Positions 57,337 through 64,000 of a DNA stretch of 64,000 nt are shown here, in pieces. Made by a program: the position numbers and the translations under genes. The DNA comes from Candidatus Omnitrophota bacterium (lineage in GTDB: Bacteria; Omnitrophota; Gorgyraeia; B26-G9), in NCBI GenBank assembly GCA_043805415.1, contig JAZDHZ010000033.1, forward strand, positions 25,600 through 89,599. The letters are read 5' to 3'. A model generated the notes under the pieces. It ran no database searches. It was not told where the DNA came from and was given only the letters and a program-made list of their open reading frames with translations. Each line of letters opens with the position of its first letter. Positions within the stretch are counted from its first letter, which is position 1.

Positions 57337-58563
57337 ATGAATTACATGAAACAAGAATGTTTTTTTATTGCCAATAACAATATCGGAGATTCCGGGTTGA
57401 GCGGCGGTTGCCGGGTTTTTATTGAATTAGCCAGGTATTGGAAAGAATCTTTAAATTTAAAAATGATTGCTACGGAAGAGGCAATCACTGTTTGTAAAAA
57501 CTATGGGCTTGGCGATCTTACATTCTATAGGTCCTCAAGCAAATTAGGATTTAAGAATGTTTTTACTCTGAGAGCGGTTTTTGCTAATTTTTTTAAGAAA
57601 TTAACAAATGGTATATTATTTATATTACGGAACAAATGCTTATTTAAAAATAATCCCTGGGTTTATTCAGTATCTGACTTTTACCCTGATCTTATTCCGG
57701 CTTTTTTAATAAAGTTAATAAACCCAAAAGCAAGGTGGATTGCCGGATACTATTTATTCGCGCCTGCTCCTTGGGATAAAGATAGTCCCTATAAAGGGAA
57801 AGATTTGTTTCGAGGATTTTTATACTGGCTATCGCAAAGGCCAACTTACTGGCTTGTGAAAAATTTCGCTGATATAGTTTTTGTCACATCTGAGCCGGAT
57901 AAAAATAAATTTATCACTAAAACCAGGGACGAGAGTAAAATTTTTGTTATTCGCGGAGGGGTTAATATCGAAGCCTCTACCGCGTATTTAAATAGTTCAA
58001 AGGTTATTCCTATCAATAAAAGAAAATATGACTGTTGTTTTGTGGGTAGATTCCATCAGCAAAAAGGGGTTTTGGTTTTAATGGAAATATGGAAAAAAGT
58101 TATTGCTGTGTTACCAGAAGCTAAACTGGCGATGATTGGAAATGGGCCGCTGGAAGAAAATGTTAAAAATAAAATCAATGAATATAAGTTGAATGGAAAT
58201 GTTGATTTGTTTGGTTTTATGGATGGAGAGGATAAGTTCAATATTTTTAAACAAAGTAAAATTGTAGTGCACCCGGCGACCTTTGACAGTGGCGGAATGG
58301 CCGCGGCAGAGGCAATGGCTTGGGCTTTACCAGGCATAAGCTTTGATCTGGAAGCGTTAAAAACGTATTATCCTCAAGGTATGATAAAAGTTCCTAAGGA
58401 CGATTATAATCAGTTTGCTGCTGAAATAATTAAAGTTTTATCAAACTCTGATTACTATAAAATAATTTCCGGGCAAGCTCGTGAGTTAATAGTGGAGCAA
58501 TGGGATTGGAAAAAAAGAGCACAGCTGATTCTGGAAGGGTTGTTAATCAATAATAATGGATAA
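57337..58563 (+). CDS. Family 4 (GT-B) glycosyltransferase
   Basis: C-terminal GT1 domain (GRFHQQKG...SGGMAAAEAMAWALP). Confidence 0.7.
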   Translation: MNYMKQECFFIANNNIGDSGLSGGCRVFIELARYWKESLNLKMIATEEAITVCKNYGLGDLTFYRSSSKLGFKNVFTLRAVFANFFKKLTNGILFILRNKCLFKNNPWVYSVSDFYPDLIPAFLIKLINPKARWIAGYYLFAPAPWDKDSPYKGKDLFRGFLYWLSQRPTYWLVKNFADIVFVTSEPDKNKFITKTRDESKIFVIRGGVNIEASTAYLNSSKVIPINKRKYDCCFVGRFHQQKGVLVLMEIWKKVIAVLPEAKLAMIGNGPLEENVKNKINEYKLNGNVDLFGFMDGEDKFNIFKQSKIVVHPATFDSGGMAAAEAMAWALPGISFDLEALKTYYPQGMIKVPKDDYNQFAAEIIKVLSNSDYYKIISGQARELIVEQWDWKKRAQLILEGLLINNNG

Positions 58564-59413
58564 TATTAAGGTTTCAATTATAATCACTACAAAAAATGCT
58601 GAACAGTATATTGCCGACTGCTTGGGTTCGATAAAGTCTCAGAATTATAATCAATCTGAGATTGAAGTTATTGTTGTTGATAATAATTCAAATGACAAGA
58701 CAAAATCAATCGCGTATCAATTTACGGATAAAGTCTATAATATAGGCCCGGAACGTTCAGCTCAAAGGAATTTCGGAATAAATAATGCATCAGGGGAATA
58801 TGTGCTTTATCTTGATGTGGACATGATGCTTTCCAGAAATGTGCTCTTAGAGTGTGTGAAAAAAATAGAAACAGAAGATTTGAGCGGGTTGTATGTCCCG
58901 GAAGTAATTGTCGGCAAAGGGTTTTGGATAGAGGTGCGAAACTATGAACGCGGTTTTTATAACGCGACTGTGGTTGACTGTGTTCGGTTTATAAAAAAAG
59001 ATGCATTTGTAAAAATAAAAGGTTTTGATGAAAATTTAACCGGCCCGGAAGATTGGGATTTTGATAGAAGAATAAATCAGGTTGGAAAAACCGCGATAAT
59101 AAATTCTCCGATTTATCATAATGAGGGGAGATTTAATTTAAGAAACTATTTACTGAAAAAAAGCTATTATTCAAAAACATTTGAAAAATATATTCAAAAA
59201 TGGGGAAAAAATGATCCAATTATAAAAAAACAGCTTGGTTTTTTTTATCGGTTTATTGGTGTATTTATAGAAAAGGGAAAATGGAAAAAACTTATTAGCC
59301 ATCCTGTTTTTACTTCAGGGATGTATTTTTTAAGATTTTTAGTCGGGATCACATTCTTGGCAGCAGGAATCGGTCGAAATCCTTTAAAAAATAAAGGTAA
59401 TATCTATGAGTAA
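58556..59413 (+). CDS. Family 2 glycosyltransferase
   Basis: VSIIITTKNAEQYI...VIVVDNNSNDKT...LDVDM. Confidence 0.75.
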   Translation: MDNIKVSIIITTKNAEQYIADCLGSIKSQNYNQSEIEVIVVDNNSNDKTKSIAYQFTDKVYNIGPERSAQRNFGINNASGEYVLYLDVDMMLSRNVLLECVKKIETEDLSGLYVPEVIVGKGFWIEVRNYERGFYNATVVDCVRFIKKDAFVKIKGFDENLTGPEDWDFDRRINQVGKTAIINSPIYHNEGRFNLRNYLLKKSYYSKTFEKYIQKWGKNDPIIKKQLGFFYRFIGVFIEKGKWKKLISHPVFTSGMYFLRFLVGITFLAAGIGRNPLKNKGNIYE

Positions 59414-60926
59414 AAATAGTTCGATCAAGAAAGTTTTGTTTGTTTCTCCGCCTTCTAGAGCCTTTAACCACTATCGACCGCCTTTGGCATTAATGTATCT
59501 TTCCGGTTATTTAAAAAAACAGGGTATTCAAACGGAAATTATTGATTGTATTATTAAGGATCAGGTTAGAAGCAAGTCTTTTGATCGAAATAAGGATATT
59601 TATTTAGCTAAAGTAAGGGAAAACACAATAAAGCATATAATTGAAACGGATACTGATATAGTTTGTATAACTTGTTATACTCCTGAATTACAAGAAGTTG
59701 AAACCCTAGCTGCTGAGATTAAAAATAAAAAAAAAGGAATAAAGATTGTTGTCGGCGGAGTCCATCCTATGTTTTTCCCTGAACATTTCATTTGCGATAA
59801 TTCTAATTTTGATTTTGTGGTTATAGGTGAAGGCGAGGTAACTCTTTTTGAATTAGTCAAGGCAATTAGGAATAATGCTTATCAATATAACTTGGTTGAC
59901 GGTATAGCATACTGGGATAAACAATCAAATAAGCTGATAATAAATAAAAGACGAGTTTTGGCTGAAAATTTAGATGAGATATCATTTCCTGATTATGAAG
60001 ATTTAGATATGGATTTTTATACAACAGCATCGCCGTATGCGATAAGAGGAGTTTTTTCTAAAAGTTTTTATGTTTTATCATCTAGAGGTTGTCCATCTTC
60101 TTGTACTTTTTGTGTGTCGAAAAAATTGAGAGAATTTTACTCAGGTGAGCGTTTTGTCAGGCTGCGTTCTCCTGAATCCTTGTATAAGGAGATTAAGGAT
60201 TTAAGAGACGAATATAAAATTGATTCGTTTTATTTTATTGATGACCTCTTTACCTTAAAAAAAGAAAATGTTCGCCAGTTCTGCCAATTAATGATTGATG
60301 ATAAATCTCCTTTGATCTGGGGCTGCTCATCTAAGGTTAACACAGTTGATTACGAAATGCTTAAAATTATGGCTGATGCCGGTTGTGTGCAGATTGATTT
60401 TGGGGTTGAAAAAGGAACGGATAGTGAGCTTAAACAGCTTAAAAAGGGAATCACTCTTGCCCAGATAGAAAAGACTTTTAAAAATTGCCGAAAACTAGGT
60501 ATTCGTACTTTTGCTAATATGCTGGTTAATACTCCCGGGGAACAGGAGGCTGATTTGCGGTCATCTTTGGCTTTTGTTCAAAGAATTAAGCCAACCATTG
60601 TTTCTTTTAATGTTTTTGCCCCATATCCAGGGTGTGAAATTTTTAATGAGCGATGCGGGAATATAAAAAGAGAAGATTATCCGGCTTTAATGAATACAGT
60701 GTTATTGATAAAAGATAAGCCTGAGAAATATAGGTTTGCAGAGCATTCGGTGGATTTGCTTGATTGGGTTATCCGTGCAAATAGAAAATATAATAAGGTT
60801 TTACCTAACTTATCAATATATTTTAGCGTCAAATATATTAAAAATATTATAAGCTCGAAATCCAAAATGGAATATTTGAAAAGGTTCGTGAGTTTATTAA
60901 AAGAATTTATAAATCAAAAATTTTAG
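59406..60926 (+). CDS. B12-binding radical SAM enzyme (third copy)
   Basis: N-terminal B12-binding-like domain and SRGCPSSCTFCVS (CX3CX2C). Confidence 0.75.
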   Translation: MSKNSSIKKVLFVSPPSRAFNHYRPPLALMYLSGYLKKQGIQTEIIDCIIKDQVRSKSFDRNKDIYLAKVRENTIKHIIETDTDIVCITCYTPELQEVETLAAEIKNKKKGIKIVVGGVHPMFFPEHFICDNSNFDFVVIGEGEVTLFELVKAIRNNAYQYNLVDGIAYWDKQSNKLIINKRRVLAENLDEISFPDYEDLDMDFYTTASPYAIRGVFSKSFYVLSSRGCPSSCTFCVSKKLREFYSGERFVRLRSPESLYKEIKDLRDEYKIDSFYFIDDLFTLKKENVRQFCQLMIDDKSPLIWGCSSKVNTVDYEMLKIMADAGCVQIDFGVEKGTDSELKQLKKGITLAQIEKTFKNCRKLGIRTFANMLVNTPGEQEADLRSSLAFVQRIKPTIVSFNVFAPYPGCEIFNERCGNIKREDYPALMNTVLLIKDKPEKYRFAEHSVDLLDWVIRANRKYNKVLPNLSIYFSVKYIKNIISSKSKMEYLKRFVSLLKEFINQKF

Positions 60927-60951
60927 GTATTAAATAATCCTAGGGGATATT

Positions 60952-61878
60952 ATGAATTGCAGGTTATGCGCAAGCGGTGGCGTGAGAGAATTATTTCTTG
61001 CTCAAGACATTCATGGCAGACATATTTTAAGTGAAGATAAATTCGCTATACTTCAATGTGAAGCTTGCGGTGTTACTTTTACGGAAGTTGAAACCGATAG
61101 TGATTATTACAAAAAATACTATCGGGAGAATTATTATCCTCCAATTAATTCAAATAGTTTTATTGATAGGATCTTGTCCTGGATGCAAAACTTTAGTTTT
61201 AAGCAGAGATTGAAATTAATCGAAACTTATAAAAGCTCTCAGGGAAATAGAGTGCTTGAAATTGGTTGCGGCAGAGGCGAGTTTTTGAACTTTCTTCCGG
61301 ATGTTTATGAGAAAAATGGAGTTGAAATAAATGAAAAAGGATATAATTTTGTAAAAGAAAATTATAAGAATATTGATGTCCATAACCTGAGAATCAATGA
61401 TCGAACTTTTGAAGCTTCAATACTGGGTAAATTTGATGTGATAATTATGTGGCATGTGTTTGAACATATTAATGATCCAGTTATTTTTGCAGAAAATCTC
61501 GCAAAACTTTTAGCTGAAAATGGAGTGATAATCTTTGATATCCCTAATAGAAATAGCTTTGGATTTAGTTGGTGCAAAAAATGGTGGTTTCATTTAGACG
61601 CGCCGCGGCATTTATTTCATTATGACTATAATAGTATGCGTGACTTAATTAAACGCAGTAAGTTAGAAATAATTGAATTTTTGGGAAATTTCAGGGATTA
61701 TCCTCAAGATTTGCCAGCTAGTTTTTATTCAAGGTTTAAAACAAATAATTTTATCAGCAATCTTTTCCTGTTCATTTTTGTTTTACCTATAGCGACAATT
61801 TTTAGATTAATAATCGCCCTGTTTTTACCGAAACGAGCTGAGATCAATACCTATATAGTAAAACATTATAAAGGATAG
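60952..61878 (+). CDS. Class I SAM-dependent methyltransferase with N-terminal zinc-ribbon (third paralogue)
   Basis: CRLCAS...CEACGVTF zinc ribbon, VLEIGCGRGEF motif, and C-terminal IPN...W...LDAPRHLFHYD. Confidence 0.75.
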   Translation: MNCRLCASGGVRELFLAQDIHGRHILSEDKFAILQCEACGVTFTEVETDSDYYKKYYRENYYPPINSNSFIDRILSWMQNFSFKQRLKLIETYKSSQGNRVLEIGCGRGEFLNFLPDVYEKNGVEINEKGYNFVKENYKNIDVHNLRINDRTFEASILGKFDVIIMWHVFEHINDPVIFAENLAKLLAENGVIIFDIPNRNSFGFSWCKKWWFHLDAPRHLFHYDYNSMRDLIKRSKLEIIEFLGNFRDYPQDLPASFYSRFKTNNFISNLFLFIFVLPIATIFRLIIALFLPKRAEINTYIVKHYKG

Positions 61879-62009
61879 ATAGAGCCGCTAAATCAAGATC
61901 ATATTATGAAGCGCAGCAGTTTAAAACCAGGAAAATCCGTTTAGATTTAAAAGCTGTTTATGTTATAATAAAAACTTCTTATTTATGTTTTTTTAAGAAA
62001 GGCAATTTA

Positions 62010-62915
62010 ATGGGGCTATCGGTTAGAGATATTAAATATGTTATCAAAACAGTAGATAAATATAAAATCCAAGGGCCATTGCTTACTTTGGGAAATCAGG
62101 ATATTTATGCTACTGAGCAACAGGTTACTGGCTGGATGAAAGAATATAATTGCAAACAATGCGTGCCAAGTTCAATTGAATATTCCACTAGCGCCAGCAC
62201 AGCGAAAATTAATACAGAAGCGAGAAAATATATTCATGCGAAAACATTCTTTGAAATGTTAGGCATTCCGGCAGATCAATACTATGATGTGGATAAGTTT
62301 GATTTTGATAAGCCGAAAATATTGTTTGATATGCAGGATGAAGTTGAGCAGAAATTCCGCGATAAGTTCAATTTTATTTTAGACAGCGGAACTTTGGAAC
62401 ATATATTTGATATAAAAGGGGTGTTGAGTAATATTGTAAAAATGACTAACTTAAACGGATATGTCCTGCATCTTATCCCTACGCATAACTTTGTAAACCA
62501 TGGATTCTATCAGTGCTGTCCTACTTTATTTTATGATTTTTATATGGCGAATGGGTTTAAGATTGTGGAGTCTTATATGGTAGAGATCAAGCCTTTATTT
62601 AATAGATATCATAAATATACACAAGAACAGGATTATTTAGGGATGTATATTTCCCCGACTAATAGATATGCTAGTGTTTTTCTTGTTCAGAAAATAGCTG
62701 AGCAGCCTAGGATTGTTAATCCAGACCAGTATTTATATAGCAAGTTAGCTCAGAATTCTGATGCTGTTAGTGCGAATTTTAATAAATCATTTATTGATAA
62801 AGTCACTAATTTTTTACGCCACATTATTCCGATCAAGTTTCATGGCGTATTTTTTAGTATATGGCAATTAATGAAACGTTTAGAAGATAAGCGAGAGTAT
62901 TTTGATATTGGATAA
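62010..62915 (+). CDS. Hypothetical protein, possibly methyltransferase-like
   Basis: ILDSGTLEHIFD resembles the motif II/III region of class I MTs. No further recognition. Confidence 0.3.
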   Translation: MGLSVRDIKYVIKTVDKYKIQGPLLTLGNQDIYATEQQVTGWMKEYNCKQCVPSSIEYSTSASTAKINTEARKYIHAKTFFEMLGIPADQYYDVDKFDFDKPKILFDMQDEVEQKFRDKFNFILDSGTLEHIFDIKGVLSNIVKMTNLNGYVLHLIPTHNFVNHGFYQCCPTLFYDFYMANGFKIVESYMVEIKPLFNRYHKYTQEQDYLGMYISPTNRYASVFLVQKIAEQPRIVNPDQYLYSKLAQNSDAVSANFNKSFIDKVTNFLRHIIPIKFHGVFFSIWQLMKRLEDKREYFDIG

Positions 62916-63009
62916 ATGCGAATGGTTTTAATTTTTAGGAAGTTTTTGTGGTAACATTTTTCAAAAGTGAATAAAAATTTAACCGGTGATAGGGAGTAAG
63001 TTATAAGCT

Positions 63010-64000
63010 GTGAACATAAAAAATCGCCTAGTGAAAAACATTTTAGTACTCAGTATTTTTATTCTTGCCGGGATTTTAGCAGTAAGCCCGATTATTAATG
63101 ATTTTTCCGGGAAAGTATTTGGAGAGCCTAATGATGCGCTGGTTACGGTCTGGCATTTTTGGTGGTTGCAAACAGCCCATGACCAGGGGGTTTCCGAATT
63201 AAAAATTCCGATTGTCTCCGCTCCTTTTGGTGCGGACTATTCAAGGTATCCATATTATCCGGTATGGAACTTTATAAACATGCACCTTTCCTGCGCGATA
63301 GGAGAAGTGGCTGCGTACAATATTCAGATACTACTAGGATTCATTCTCTCCGGGCTTGCTATGTATTATTTTATCTTCTTTTTAACGAAAAATATGTATG
63401 CTTCAGTGCTCACTGGTTTGATCCTTACATTTTCCCCATATCATTTTTCGCATGCTTTTGAGCATCTGGGTCTTTCTAATATGCAGTGGCTTGTTTTTTA
63501 CATGTTAAGTTTATTTAATTTTCTAAAAAAACCTTCCTATATAAGCGCTGTTTTATGCGGAATCTTGTTCGCTGTAATAGGTTTTTTTGATTATTATTAT
63601 CTTTATTTTGCCGGCATATTCTCAGCTGTTCTGTTTATATATTATTGTTTTTATTACTACGCTTCATTAAGGAAAAAGATTTTTAAAAATTGGCAGTATC
63701 TTATTTTGGGCGTTTTAGTATCAGCTGTTTTATTGTTCCCGTCATTATTCCACATAGCTAAATTTTTAATCATTAAGTCTCCGGAGACTTCGGTGATAGT
63801 CACTGATTATGCGCGTCCTTTTGGCCAGCTTTTTGCTGACTCGGCGAGAATCCTTAACTATATTTTACCTGCATATTTTCACCCGATTTTGGGATGGATC
63901 ACAAGGCCTTTTATTGGTACATTTTTATATGGAGATAATCCTCCAGAGCAAACACTTTATCTCGGATGGTTTGGCTTGCTGTTTGCTTATTTCTGGGTTA
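63010..64000 (+). CDS. Polytopic membrane protein, N-terminal 330 aa (partial; continues beyond window)
   Basis: Uninterrupted reading frame from GTG 63010 to the window end (verified codon by codon). It is rich in aromatic and hydrophobic segments. The ORF track omits it, probably because it has no in-window stop. AGGGAG lies 13 nt upstream. Confidence 0.5.
   Translation, partial: MNIKNRLVKNILVLSIFILAGILAVSPIINDFSGKVFGEPNDALVTVWHFWWLQTAHDQGVSELKIPIVSAPFGADYSRYPYYPVWNFINMHLSCAIGEVAAYNIQILLGFILSGLAMYYFIFFLTKNMYASVLTGLILTFSPYHFSHAFEHLGLSNMQWLVFYMLSLFNFLKKPSYISAVLCGILFAVIGFFDYYYLYFAGIFSAVLFIYYCFYYYASLRKKIFKNWQYLILGVLVSAVLLFPSLFHIAKFLIIKSPETSVIVTDYARPFGQLFADSARILNYILPAYFHPILGWITRPFIGTFLYGDNPPEQTLYLGWFGLLFAYFWV

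Noticed and set aside
63264-63461. 65-aa ORF in the ORF track
   Set aside because: It lies in a different frame from, and entirely inside, the longer GTG-initiated open frame 63010-64000, which has convincing membrane-protein character.

Overview
This 64 kb window is AT-rich, and nearly all of it is one co-directional glycan biosynthesis supercluster. Only the two genes at the left edge are on the minus strand: an SPL-like radical SAM protein and a GT2 glycosyltransferase. From about 2.6 kb to the right edge roughly 55 genes sit on the plus strand. Many overlap by 1-8 nt (ATGA), which points to translational coupling. A few leader regions with sigma70-like promoters divide the array into about five blocks. 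I saw no rRNA, tRNA, CRISPR, transposase or integrase.

Block A (2.6-21.2 kb) opens with a HisH/HisF/PP-loop amidotransferase triad and a Wzx-type flippase. It then makes UDP-GlcA/UDP-Xyl (Ugd, UXS), GDP-L-fucose (Gmd, Fcl) and a CDP-3,6-dideoxyhexose (RfbF, RfbG, E1/RfbH). Embedded in that last pathway are a catabolic-type DmpF/DmpG aldehyde dehydrogenase-aldolase pair, an HpcH-family aldolase and a YerE-like ThDP enzyme. I infer this set builds a branched-chain, possibly higher-carbon, sugar.

Block B (21.4-33.1 kb) has a GtrB-like polyprenyl-phosphate GT2 with a large membrane partner, a second flippase, an alpha-1,2-fucosyltransferase (GT11), a Wzy-like membrane protein and zinc-ribbon methyltransferases with a B12-radical SAM enzyme.

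Block C (33.3-44.4 kb) carries an RfbB-like NDP-sugar 4,6-dehydratase, a 3,4-ketoisomerase-like cupin, a TylC3-like C-methyltransferase and a Gfo/Idh/MocA oxidoreductase. It also has GT2 and GT4 transferases and a WbvB/WbvR/WbvD-type UDP-L-RhaNAc/L-QuiNAc triad (FnlA-like, RmlD-like, WecB-like).

Block D (44.6-53.4 kb) encodes a kinase-like/methyltransferase fusion, a sulfatase-like membrane transferase, a PglC-like initiating sugar transferase, a WbpM/PglF-like dehydratase, an O-antigen ligase family protein and two GT2s.

Block E (53.4-63 kb) begins with a four-helix-bundle gene (TIGR02436 type) flanked by inverted hexamer arrays, which looks like a small insertion. It continues with two more B12-radical SAM enzymes, methyltransferases and GT2/GT4 transferases, and a membrane protein truncated at the window end.

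I found no defence system in this window. The non-obvious signals are these. A family of NCACAAG heptanucleotide tandem repeats lies in frame inside hisH, in the hisF leader and inside a radical SAM gene; these are candidate phase-variation tracts. A 17-bp perfect palindrome overlaps a near-consensus promoter upstream of the wbpM-like gene. G-rich TTTAGGG-like leader motifs recur at two block starts. Finally, the DmpFG/HpcH/YerE combination is the strongest candidate for new chemistry.
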